This document shows positions 55,296 to 63,955 of a stretch of 64,000 bases of DNA, piece by piece; position 1 is the first letter of the stretch; every line of letters starts with the position of its first letter. The stretch lies in NCBI GenBank assembly GCA_020860715.1, contig JAJBTU010000023.1, positions 38,692-102,691 on the forward strand, read 5' to 3'. The notes under the pieces were generated by a model. It worked only from the letters and a program-made list of their open reading frames with translations, did no database searches and had not been told where the DNA came from. The stretch comes from Clostridiales bacterium (GTDB lineage Bacteria > Bacillota > Clostridia > Lachnospirales > Lachnospiraceae). Position numbers and translations under genes: made by a program.

Positions 55296-56149
55296 GAGAT
55301 GATGACCGGGTCAGATTTTATGAGAGTTATACCGATGATTTTGTGGAAAGCGGCAATCAGGACTGCCGGGTTCCGGAAGACTACGAGTGGGTGAAAAAAG
55401 GCCTGCCCGACAGACTTCTCGCAAAGCCGGCCTATGCGGCGGCATGGCTGTTTTCCTGGTTTTACTGCAGAGGATATCTGCATGTGCGCGTCAAAAACCG
55501 TTCCGTGCTGAAACAATGCCGGAACAGCGGTTTTTATCTGTATGGGAATCATACACAGCCGATGGGCGACGCGTTTATACCGGCATATATCTGTACGCCG
55601 AAGCATATTTACACGGTCGCCGGACCGGCGAATCTTGGAATCCCGATACTTGGAAAGCTGCTGCCGATACTGGGCGCGCTGCCGACGCCGGAGAATCTTC
55701 CTCAGATGAAAAAGTTCCTGGAGGCAATCCGGACGCGCATCGGGGAGAAAAGCTGTGTGATTCTCTATCCTGAGGCGCATGTGTGGCCCTGGTATACGGG
55801 CATCCGCCCGTTTCCGGACACCTCGTTTCGCTTCCCGGCGGAGATACCGGCGCCGTCGTTCTGCATGACGACGACATACCAGAGGCGGAAGGTGAATCCG
55901 CTTCTGCGGATGATACACAGGCTGCGCAGGAAAGAGGGGGCGGAAGCGGAAGGGGACCGCAGTGGGGCGGACAGAGAACGCCGCGTCCGTCCGGCGATCA
56001 CCGTTTATATAGACGGACCGTTTTATCCGGAGCCGGGTCTGCACAGAAAAGAGCAGCAGAAAAAACTGTGTGAGGAGATCCATGCCTGCATGGAAAGACG
56101 CAGTAAAAACAGCACATATGAGTATGTACGTTACGAAAAGACGCAGTAA
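55292..56149 (+). CDS. Lysophospholipid (PlsC-like) acyltransferase-family protein
   Basis: YLYGNHTQPMGDAF (an acyltransferase HX(n)D-like block) and ILYPEAHVWPWYTGIRPF. The start ATGA overlaps the MutS-like stop. Confidence 0.55.
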   Translation: MRDDDRVRFYESYTDDFVESGNQDCRVPEDYEWVKKGLPDRLLAKPAYAAAWLFSWFYCRGYLHVRVKNRSVLKQCRNSGFYLYGNHTQPMGDAFIPAYICTPKHIYTVAGPANLGIPILGKLLPILGALPTPENLPQMKKFLEAIRTRIGEKSCVILYPEAHVWPWYTGIRPFPDTSFRFPAEIPAPSFCMTTTYQRRKVNPLLRMIHRLRRKEGAEAEGDRSGADRERRVRPAITVYIDGPFYPEPGLHRKEQQKKLCEEIHACMERRSKNSTYEYVRYEKTQ

Positions 56150-56229
56150 AAACAGCACATATGAGTATGTACGTTACGAAAAGGCGCGGTAAAGACAGCA
56201 CATATGAGTATGTACGTTATGAAAAGGCG
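56092..56229. repeat. 43-bp tandem repeat, ~3.2 copies, spanning the acyltransferase stop codon and the spacer before the GT8 gene
   Basis: CAGTAAAAAC / CGGTAAAGAC anchors at 56101, 56144 and 56187. The unit contains CATATGAGTATGTACGTTA. Confidence 0.9.
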
Positions 56230-56242
56230 ATAAGGGAAAACC

Positions 56243-57100
56243 ATGAATATTTTATATTGCGGCGACGCCAACACGGAGGACGGACTGCTGATTTCGATTC
56301 TCTCTTTGCTGAAAAACAATGCAGCGGAGCTTCATATTTATCTGCTGACGATGGAACTTGCGCCGGGGAAACCCATCTCCGATCGGGCGGCGGCGTTTCT
56401 GGATCAGAAGGTAAAAGAAAAAAACAGCGGCAATTTTGTGCGGAAGCTGGACATTACACAGCTTTTTCAAAGCCGGCCGCCAAAGGCAAACCTGGGCACC
56501 CGCTTTACGCCCTGCTGTATGCTGCGCCTGTATGCGGATCTGGTGGAGGAACTGCCGGAACGTATCCTGTATCTGGATAACGATGTCGTGTGCAGGAAAA
56601 GCATAGAAAGATTCTATTCTCAGGATATGGATCAGTGGGAGGTGGCAGGCGTGCCGGATTACTATGGGAAATGGTTTTTCGGCAGCAGTCCGTTCCGGCA
56701 CGATTACATCAATTCCGGCGTGCTGCTTTTAAATATGAAAAACATCCGCAGGACCGGCCTGTTTGCCCGCTGCCGTGAAATGTGCGCCCAAAAGAAGATG
56801 TTCATGCCGGATCAGTCGGCCATCAACAAGCTGGCTTCCCGGAAGAAGCTGCTGCCGCGCTGCTACAACGAACAGAGAAAACTTCATGAGGATACGGTGA
56901 TGCAGCATTTTACAACCAGCTTCCGTTTTATACCCTGGCCGCGCACTCTGACGGTGAAGCCCTGGCAGGTGGAGCGGATGCACACGAAGCTGAGACTGCA
57001 TGAGTATGACGACCTGCTTGCCGAGTATGAGCGCCTCATACCGGGCATCCGGCCCGGCGGCGCCGCAAAAGGAAAACTTCAGGAGGATGGTCAACGATGA
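56243..57100 (+). CDS. Family 8 glycosyltransferase
   Basis: MNILYCGDANTEDGLLISILSLLKNN..., ILYLDNDVVC, INSGVLLLNMKNIR. Confidence 0.8.
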   Translation: MNILYCGDANTEDGLLISILSLLKNNAAELHIYLLTMELAPGKPISDRAAAFLDQKVKEKNSGNFVRKLDITQLFQSRPPKANLGTRFTPCCMLRLYADLVEELPERILYLDNDVVCRKSIERFYSQDMDQWEVAGVPDYYGKWFFGSSPFRHDYINSGVLLLNMKNIRRTGLFARCREMCAQKKMFMPDQSAINKLASRKKLLPRCYNEQRKLHEDTVMQHFTTSFRFIPWPRTLTVKPWQVERMHTKLRLHEYDDLLAEYERLIPGIRPGGAAKGKLQEDGQR

Positions 57101-58038
57101 GGAAGCTGTACTGGATGACCACGGAAGTCTTCCAGGATCCCGGGGTATTTCAGAAATACTATCGGAACATGTCTCCGGAGCGCCGGGCAAAAATCGACCG
57201 TGTCCGGATGGAGCAGGATAAAAAGCTGGCCCTGGCGGCGGGAGTTCTGCTGGAACTGGGCCTGCGGGAAAATGGCCTGCGGGAAAATGGCCTGCGGGAA
57301 AATGGCCTGCCGGGAAATGGCCTGTGGGAACATGGCCTGCCGGAACATGACCTGCCGGATGAGAAACATGCCCGCATTGCCAGGGGACCGTATGGCAAGC
57401 CGTATTTTCCGGATTTTCCGGGGCTGCATTTCAACCTGTCCCATTCGCATGAGACGGCGATGGCGGTGTTTGCCGATACGGAAGCCGGCTGTGATATTGA
57501 ATTTCGGAAAAAACCGAATGAAAAGCTGGCCGGGCGATTTTTCTGCCCCGGAGAGGCTACCTGGATGCGGGAGGCCAAAGAGGAAAAAGAGAGAGAAGAG
57601 CGGTTTTACCGTCTCTGGACGCTGAAAGAGAGCTTCATCAAGGCGACGGGGCAGGGACTGCGGCTGCCGCTGGACTCGTTCTGTTTTCGGATTACGGACA
57701 TACCGGCGGCAGAAGAAAATCCGGGCGCAGAAAGAATTTCAGGAGCAGAAAGAATTTCGGACACAGAAAGAATTTCAGGAGCAGAAAGAATTTCGGATAC
57801 AGATAAAATCCCGGGCATGGACATTTACCGCCGGAACAGTCTGGTTTCAATCACACAGAATTTTGATCATAAGGAATATGTGTTTGAGGAATATCGGATT
57901 GGCCGGGACGGAGAATACTGTGCGGCCGTGTGCCTGCGAAGGGAAGGACCGGCTGAAGCTACAAGGCGGGAAGGAGCATCCTCAGATGATGGGGATGTGA
58001 AAAATATAGTTACAGAGAAAAGGAGCAGCAGATTATGA
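57097..58038 (+). CDS. Sfp-type 4'-phosphopantetheinyl transferase carrying two in-frame tandem-repeat insertions
   Basis: GPYGKPYFPDFPGLHFNLSHSHETAMAVFADTEAGCDIE, then FYRLWTLKESFIKATGQGL. It has 4-nt overlaps with both neighbouring genes. Confidence 0.8.
   Translation: MRKLYWMTTEVFQDPGVFQKYYRNMSPERRAKIDRVRMEQDKKLALAAGVLLELGLRENGLRENGLRENGLPGNGLWEHGLPEHDLPDEKHARIARGPYGKPYFPDFPGLHFNLSHSHETAMAVFADTEAGCDIEFRKKPNEKLAGRFFCPGEATWMREAKEEKEREERFYRLWTLKESFIKATGQGLRLPLDSFCFRITDIPAAEENPGAERISGAERISDTERISGAERISDTDKIPGMDIYRRNSLVSITQNFDHKEYVFEEYRIGRDGEYCAAVCLRREGPAEATRREGASSDDGDVKNIVTEKRSSRL
57259..57363 (+). repeat. In-frame 15-bp x7 tandem repeat (GLREN-type pentapeptide) in the PPTase gene
   Basis: GLREN GLREN GLREN GLPGN GLWEH GLPEH DLPDE. 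Confidence 0.9.
57724..57813 (+). repeat. In-frame 18-bp x5 tandem repeat (GAERIS-type hexapeptide) in the PPTase gene
   Basis: GAERIS GAERIS DTERIS GAERIS DTDKIP. Confidence 0.9.
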
Positions 58039-59021
58039 AAAAACCGGTACTGGCAGTGATGGCGGCGGGCATGGGCAGCCGCTATGGAGGATTGAAGCAG
58101 ATTGACCCGGTCGATCCGGAAGGGCATATCATCATGGACTTTTCTGTTTACGACGCTGTGCGCGCCGGATTTGAAAAGGTGATTTTTATCATCAAAAAAG
58201 AAAACGAAGCGGACTTTCGCGCGGCCATCGGCGACCGCCTTGCCGGCCACATTGAGGTGGTATACGTCTATCAGGAGCTCACAAATCTTCCGGAGGGCTT
58301 TTCCGTGCCGGAAGGCCGCGTAAAGCCGTGGGGGACAGGACATGCCATCTTAAGCTGTATGGGCACGGCGGACGGTCCGATGGTCGTCATCAACGCGGAC
58401 GATTTTTACGGCAGAAATGCGTTTGCACTGGCCTATGATTTTCTCACACGCGTGGATGCAAATCAATCCTTGGATACAGAAAGTGCGCAGGAAGGCGGTT
58501 CGGCTGTTTCACAGAGTTTGAACGGCACGGCGGCCGGCCGGTATATGATGGTCGGCTACCGTCTGGAGAATACGCTCACAGAGAACGGCTCTGTGGCGCG
58601 CGGCATCTGCGAAACAGATGAGAACGGTTATCTGAAAACGGTCACGGAGCATACCTGCATTGAACGGAGGGACGGCGTGATTGCCTGTACGGAGAACGGC
58701 GGCGAGACCTGGACGGAACTCTCCCCTGACGCTACGGTTTCTCTGAATATGTGGGGATTTTCCGAGGATATTCTTCTGGAACTGAATGCGAGGTTCCGAG
58801 CCTTCCTTGCGGAAAACCTCCCGAAAAATCCGCAGAAATGCGAGTATTTCCTGCCCTTTGTCGTAAACGAACTTCTGACGGAAGGAAAAGCCTCTGTAAA
58901 AGTCGAAAAGACCCCGGATAAATGGTACGGAGTGACCTATAAAGAGGATAAACCTGCGCTGATGGCAGCAATTCAGAGGATGAAGGGCGAAGGGCTTTAC
59001 CCGCAGAAACTGTGGGACTGA
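58035..59021 (+). CDS. Sugar-phosphate nucleotidyltransferase-family protein
   Basis: MKKPVLAVMAAGMGSRYGGLKQIDPV... (G-x-G-S-R NTP-transferase loop) and ...VVINADDFYG. Confidence 0.7.
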   Translation: MKKPVLAVMAAGMGSRYGGLKQIDPVDPEGHIIMDFSVYDAVRAGFEKVIFIIKKENEADFRAAIGDRLAGHIEVVYVYQELTNLPEGFSVPEGRVKPWGTGHAILSCMGTADGPMVVINADDFYGRNAFALAYDFLTRVDANQSLDTESAQEGGSAVSQSLNGTAAGRYMMVGYRLENTLTENGSVARGICETDENGYLKTVTEHTCIERRDGVIACTENGGETWTELSPDATVSLNMWGFSEDILLELNARFRAFLAENLPKNPQKCEYFLPFVVNELLTEGKASVKVEKTPDKWYGVTYKEDKPALMAAIQRMKGEGLYPQKLWD

Positions 59022-59041
59022 TTTCAGAACAGCATGCTGCA

Positions 59042-59069
59042 GTCCGCCCGCTGTTCTGAACGGGCGGAC
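59042..59069 (+). terminator. Terminator hairpin after the nucleotidyltransferase gene
   Basis: GTCCGCCCG-10 nt-CGGGCGGAC followed by a T-rich stretch. A competing stem CAGAACAGC (59025-59033) / GCTGTTCTG (59050-59058) interleaves with it. Confidence 0.6.
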
Positions 59070-59072
59070 AAC

Positions 59073-59112
59073 TTTACTTATTTTTTACATAAGACAGATT
59101 ATGCATTTTACA
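59073..59112 (+). promoter_or_regulatory. Pho-box-like TTTACA direct repeats upstream of pstS
   Basis: TTTACT (59073-59078), TTTACA (59084-59089) and TTTACA (59107-59112), at spacings of 11 and 23 bp. Confidence 0.4.
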
Positions 59113-59180
59113 TAGCAGGGCTAAAATGATCTCCGTAATGAGGAAACAGGAATTCCATCAGAAAAAGGAGATCATTTATT

Positions 59181-60068
59181 ATGAAAAGAAAAGCAATCGC
59201 AGCGGCTATCGCGGCAATGATGGTAGCAGGTCTTGGCACAACAGCACTGGCAGACGCAACTGGTGACATCGTCGTATGCTCAAGAGAAGACGGCTCAGGT
59301 ACACGCGGAGCGTTCATCGAGCTGGTAGGCGTAGAGCAGAAGGACGAGGATGGCAACAAGGTAGATATGACGACGGAAGCTGCTGAGATCACGAACAGCA
59401 CATCTGCTATGATGACAAAGGTAGCAGGCGATGAGAACGCGATCGGTTACATCTCTCTCGGTTCTCTGGACGACAGCGTAACAGCAGTCTCGATCGACGG
59501 AGTAGAGGCGACGGTAGAGAACGTAGAGTCCGGTGATTACACGGTAGTTCGTCCGTTCAACATTCTGACCATGGAAGAGGTCAGCGCAGAGGCGCAGGAT
59601 TTCATCGACTTCATCCTGAGCGAGGAAGGCCAGGCGGTCATCGCTGACAACGGTTACATCGCACTTTCTGACGCAGAGCCTTTCGCAGGCGGCAGCGTAT
59701 CCGGCAAGATCGTAGTCGGCGGTTCTTCTTCCGTAACACCGGTAATGGAGAAGCTGGCTGAGGCTTATGCAGAAGTAAACGCAGACCTTGAGATTGAAGT
59801 AATGCAGAGCGATTCCACCACAGGCGTTACCTCCACAATCGACGGCAACTATGACATCGGTATGGCATCCCGTGATCTGAAGGAAGAGGAAGAGGCAGAA
59901 GGCATCTCCGCTACCATGATCGCACAGGACGGCATCGCGGTTATCGTAAACAATGAGAGCGGCGTAACAGAGCTGTCGACCGAGCAGGTTATGATGATCT
60001 ACACCGGCGAGCTCACCACATGGGAAGATGTAGCCGCATATGTACCGGAGGAGACCGAGGCTGAGTAA
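59181..60068 (+). CDS. pstS: Phosphate ABC transporter substrate-binding protein
   Basis: Signal peptide, then ...CSREDGSGTRGAFIELVG..., ...VGGSSSVTPVMEKLAEAY. First gene of the pstSCAB-phoU cluster. Confidence 0.85.
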   Translation: MKRKAIAAAIAAMMVAGLGTTALADATGDIVVCSREDGSGTRGAFIELVGVEQKDEDGNKVDMTTEAAEITNSTSAMMTKVAGDENAIGYISLGSLDDSVTAVSIDGVEATVENVESGDYTVVRPFNILTMEEVSAEAQDFIDFILSEEGQAVIADNGYIALSDAEPFAGGSVSGKIVVGGSSSVTPVMEKLAEAYAEVNADLEIEVMQSDSTTGVTSTIDGNYDIGMASRDLKEEEEAEGISATMIAQDGIAVIVNNESGVTELSTEQVMMIYTGELTTWEDVAAYVPEETEAE

Positions 60069-60215
60069 TCCCCCGCAGAAGAAAACGACGCTTACATTCG
60101 CCAGACAGGCGGCACTCGCTGATACAGTCGCGTGCCGCCGGTTCTGCATTTGAGAGATTGCAGTAACTGTGAAAGTACGAAACAGTTACAGATCGTAAGG
60201 ACATAAGGAGACTGT

Positions 60216-61070
60216 ATGACACAAAAATTATCAGAACGGGTGATGCGGATTATATTCCTGATCGCGGCCTGCTTTTCCATTCTCGCAGTCGCGCTGATCT
60301 GCGTATTCCTTTTCGCAAACGGAATCCCGACCATGCTGAAGATCGGCCTGCCGGACTTCCTGTTTGGGACGACCTGGAAGCCGTCCAACAATATATACGG
60401 CATTCTGCCGTTCATTCTGGGCAGTATTTTTGTCACTGCCGGCTCGATCCTGATCGGTGTGCCGATCGCGATGCTGACTGCGACGTTTCTGGCCTTTTAC
60501 TGCCCGAAGCGAATCTATTCCCCATTGAAATCCATGATCAATCTGCTGGCGGGAATCCCATCGGTCGTATATGGTTTTTTTGGTATGGTCTGGATCGTCC
60601 CGACGATGAAAGCCCTCACCGGAAAATCCGGCAGTACGATGCTGACTGCCTGCATTCTGCTCGGAATCATGATCCTTCCGACCGTCATTGGTGTTATGGA
60701 GCCGGCCATTCTGGCTGTGCCGGATGCTTATTATGAGGGCTCGCTCGCACTTGGCGCGACGCATGAGCGAAGCGTGTTTTGCGTGGTCATTCCGGCGGCA
60801 AAGTCCGGCGTGATCGCGGGTATCGTACTGGGAATCGGCCGCTCCATCGGTGAGACGATGGCCGTCATCATGGTAGCAGGCAACCAGACCTGGATGCCGC
60901 AGGGACTCCTGAAAGGTGTGCGTACCATGACCGCAAATATTGTAATAGAGATGGGCTATGCCTCCGGGCTGCACCGTCAGGCGCTGATCGCGACCGGCGT
61001 TGTGCTTTTCGTATTTATCCTGATCATCAATCTGAGCGTGTCTCTTCTGAGAAGGAGAGCCGCATCATGA
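60216..61070 (+). CDS. pstC: Phosphate ABC transporter permease PstC
   Basis: Polytopic protein with ...EGSLALGATHERSVFCVVIPAAKSGVIAGIVLGIGRSIGETMAV. Confidence 0.88.
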   Translation: MTQKLSERVMRIIFLIAACFSILAVALICVFLFANGIPTMLKIGLPDFLFGTTWKPSNNIYGILPFILGSIFVTAGSILIGVPIAMLTATFLAFYCPKRIYSPLKSMINLLAGIPSVVYGFFGMVWIVPTMKALTGKSGSTMLTACILLGIMILPTVIGVMEPAILAVPDAYYEGSLALGATHERSVFCVVIPAAKSGVIAGIVLGIGRSIGETMAVIMVAGNQTWMPQGLLKGVRTMTANIVIEMGYASGLHRQALIATGVVLFVFILIINLSVSLLRRRAAS

Positions 61071-61145
61071 GAAAATCGTTCCGATTTGGATGCGGCCTGC
61101 GTCATGCATCCTGTCGGATGTATGACATATTGAGGAGGGCTGAGC

Positions 61146-61994
61146 ATGAGTAAAGGTTTTGCTTATTTCAAAAATCATCCGTTCGCCGCAATCGTGAAAT
61201 GTCTGGTCTGGCTGGCTGCGATCATCACGGCGGTCGTACTGATATTCCTGATCGGTTTTATTGCGGTAAAGGGAATCCCAAACCTGAAACCGAGCCTGTT
61301 TTCTCTGAAATATACCTCGGATAACGTCTCCCTGATGCCGGCACTGATCAATACCCTGATCATGACCGCGCTGTCTCTGGTGATCGCGGTGCCGATCGGT
61401 ATCTTTGCGGCCATTTTCCTGGTCGAGTACGCAAAAAAAGGCAGTAAGCTGGTCGGCCTTGTGCGGATCACGGCGGAGACGCTCTCCGGCATCCCGTCTA
61501 TCGTGTTCGGCCTGTTCGGCCTGCTGTTTTTCACCACCGCACTCGGGTGGGGCTTTTCCCTGCTGTCCGGTTCGTTTACGCTGGTGATCATGATCCTTCC
61601 GCTTATCATGAGGACGACAGAGGAAGCGCTGCTGGCGGTTCCGGACGCGTACCGTGAGGCATCCTTCGGTGTCGGTGCCGGAAAGCTGCGCACGATCTTC
61701 CGCGTGGTATTGCCGACGGCCATACCCGGAATCCTTTCCGGCGTTGTGCTGGGCACCGGCCGCATCGTCGGCGAGACCGCGGCGCTTCTCTACACGGCCG
61801 GCACGGTGGCGAAGGTGCCGAGCAGCCTGCTCGGAAGCGGCCGTACGCTTGCGGTTCATATGTATGTGCTCTCCAGCGAGGGACTTTACATGGATGAGGC
61901 GTATGCGACTGCGGTCGTGCTGGTCGTTGTCGTATTGCTGCTTAACGGATTGTCTTCGCTGCTCGCGGGCAGACTGATGAAGGGGCAAAAGTAG
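61146..61994 (+). CDS. pstA: Phosphate ABC transporter permease PstA
   Basis: ...YREASFGVGAGKLRTIFRVVLPTAIPGILSGVVLGTGRIVGETAALLYT. Confidence 0.88.
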   Translation: MSKGFAYFKNHPFAAIVKCLVWLAAIITAVVLIFLIGFIAVKGIPNLKPSLFSLKYTSDNVSLMPALINTLIMTALSLVIAVPIGIFAAIFLVEYAKKGSKLVGLVRITAETLSGIPSIVFGLFGLLFFTTALGWGFSLLSGSFTLVIMILPLIMRTTEEALLAVPDAYREASFGVGAGKLRTIFRVVLPTAIPGILSGVVLGTGRIVGETAALLYTAGTVAKVPSSLLGSGRTLAVHMYVLSSEGLYMDEAYATAVVLVVVVLLLNGLSSLLAGRLMKGQK

Positions 61995-62179
61995 GAGATA
62001 AGGGAAAATAAGTGATTCGAAATAGCCGCACATGAGAGGATACTGATAGAGATACAGATACGGAAAAGAGATTCCGGATTATCATGTGTGAGAGAATATG
62101 TGGTTACAGAAGAAGCACAGGAATGGGAAAAAATTCCGAATAGTCAGGCAGGAGAGAAAGATCGAGAGGAACGAATAAA

Positions 62180-62932
62180 ATGGGAAAGATCGACATAAAA
62201 CATGTAGACTTGTATTATGGGGACTTCCACGCACTCAAGGATGTCAATCTTGAGATTCCGGCCAATAAGATCACGGCCTTTATCGGACCGAGCGGCTGCG
62301 GAAAGTCCACACTGTTAAAGTCCCTGAACCGGATGAACGATCTGGTAGAGGGATGTAAAATCACAGGGGAAATTACCCTGGACGGCGAAGACATCTACGG
62401 AAAAAACATGGATGTCAACCGCTTAAGAAAACGCGTCGGAATGGTGTTCCAGAAAGCGAATCCGTTCCCGATGAGCATTTATGACAATGTAGCATACGGC
62501 CCGAGGACGCACGGCATTCGCAACAAGGCAAAACTGGATGAGATCGTGGAAAAAGCACTCCGCGACGCGGCCATCTGGGATGAAGTGAAGGATCGCCTGA
62601 AAAAGAGCGCGTTGGGAATGTCCGGCGGCCAGCAGCAGAGACTCTGCATCGCGCGGGCGCTTGCCGTAGAGCCGGAGGTGCTGCTGATGGATGAGTCCAC
62701 CTCGGCACTCGACCCGATCTCGACCTCCAGGATTGAGGATCTGGTCATGGAACTGAAAGAAAAATATACCATCGCGATGGTAACGCACAATATGCAGCAG
62801 GCAGCCAGAGTTTCCGACAAAACCGCGTTTTTCCTTCTCGGTGAGATGATTGAGTGCGACGACACCACGACATTGTTTTCGATGCCGAAGAACAAAAAAA
62901 CAGAGGAATATATTACGGGGAGGTTTGGCTGA
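62180..62932 (+). CDS. pstB: Phosphate ABC transporter ATP-binding protein PstB
   Basis: [25 protein letters not shown]..., [34 protein letters not shown]. Confidence 0.92.
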   Translation: MGKIDIKHVDLYYGDFHALKDVNLEIPANKITAFIGPSGCGKSTLLKSLNRMNDLVEGCKITGEITLDGEDIYGKNMDVNRLRKRVGMVFQKANPFPMSIYDNVAYGPRTHGIRNKAKLDEIVEKALRDAAIWDEVKDRLKKSALGMSGGQQQRLCIARALAVEPEVLLMDESTSALDPISTSRIEDLVMELKEKYTIAMVTHNMQQAARVSDKTAFFLLGEMIECDDTTTLFSMPKNKKTEEYITGRFG

Positions 62933-62934
62933 TT

Positions 62935-63621
62935 ATGAGAGATCGTTTTGTAGAAAAACTGGATCAGCTCCAGAAAGAGCTGCTTGAGATGGGAATGCTC
63001 TGCGAGGAGGCGATCATGAAGACGTATCGTCTGCTTGTCTCAACGGAGAACCGCGAAGAAAACGCGGAGGAAATTGATCATCTGGAGGATGAGATCGACG
63101 GAAAAGAGCAGTCGATTGAGACCATCAGCCTTCAGCTTTTGCTGCGCCAGCAGCCAGTGGCTTCTGACCTGCGGCGTATTTCCGCGGCCATGAAGATGAT
63201 CACAGATCTGGAGCGTATTGGCGATCAGGCGACAGATATTGCCGAGATCATGAAGACCGGCAGCATCGACGTACCGGTGGAGGGCGTCGCGATCACGCAG
63301 ATGGCGGAGTTCACGGTCGGCATGGTAAACAAAAGTGTGGAAGCCTATGTGAACCGCGATCTGGAACTCGCCCGTGAGGTCATTGACAGCGATGACCGTC
63401 TGGACACGATGTTCAACGATGTCCGCAGGGCGCTGACCGAGCCTGCCGCGGCCGAAAAATTTTCCAACGACCAGATCCTTGACCTGCTGATGATCGCGAA
63501 ATATTATGAGCGCATCGGCGACCATGCGCAGAACATCGGCGAGTGGGTCGAGTTCTCCCTGACCGGCGTGCACAGGCAGGGGAAGAAGGCGTATAATGTA
63601 TTTGGGGTTTACACGAAGTAG
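62935..63621 (+). CDS. phoU: Phosphate signalling complex protein PhoU
   Basis: ORF track 62854..63621, trimmed to MRDRFVEKLDQL (ATG 2 nt after the pstB stop). Motifs: ...LERIGDQATDIAE..., ...YERIGDHAQNIGEW. Confidence 0.88.
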   Translation: MRDRFVEKLDQLQKELLEMGMLCEEAIMKTYRLLVSTENREENAEEIDHLEDEIDGKEQSIETISLQLLLRQQPVASDLRRISAAMKMITDLERIGDQATDIAEIMKTGSIDVPVEGVAITQMAEFTVGMVNKSVEAYVNRDLELAREVIDSDDRLDTMFNDVRRALTEPAAAEKFSNDQILDLLMIAKYYERIGDHAQNIGEWVEFSLTGVHRQGKKAYNVFGVYTK

Positions 63622-63629
63622 AATTTGAC

Positions 63630-63955
63630 GCGTCACGTAATTGGCTATACCCGAACTATGTGTGTCATAGCCTCAACATCCACCGCAGCCACGTTGATTT
63701 TTGCATTTTTCTCCGCCGCCTATTATCCCTTGCTTCGCTGGAACGGGAAGCCGTGCCATGCTGAATCGCCTGACGGCGAGGCACGGCCTGCATCCTTGAT
63801 TCTCTTCGAGAATCAGGACATGTCTCGCTTCGCTCAGACAATGGCGAAGCAAGGGATGCTATGCTCGAAAAATTCGCAAAAATCTGCCTACCGTCTGCTT
63901 GTGGATGTCCGAGGCTATCTGCAGTATGGTGCAGGTGAGACCAATTACGTGACGC
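63630..63955. repeat. Hyper-palindromic ~325-bp element, copy B (inverted orientation relative to copy A)
   Basis: The reverse complement of 63650-63925 aligns with 45545-45800 at roughly 90% identity by eye. One shared stretch is CAAGCAGACGGTAGGCAGATTTTTGC...GCCATTGTCTGAGCGAAGCGAGACATGTCCTGATTCTCGAAGAGAATC. The outer arms are GCGTCACGTAATTGG / CCAATTACGTGACGC. Confidence 0.8.
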
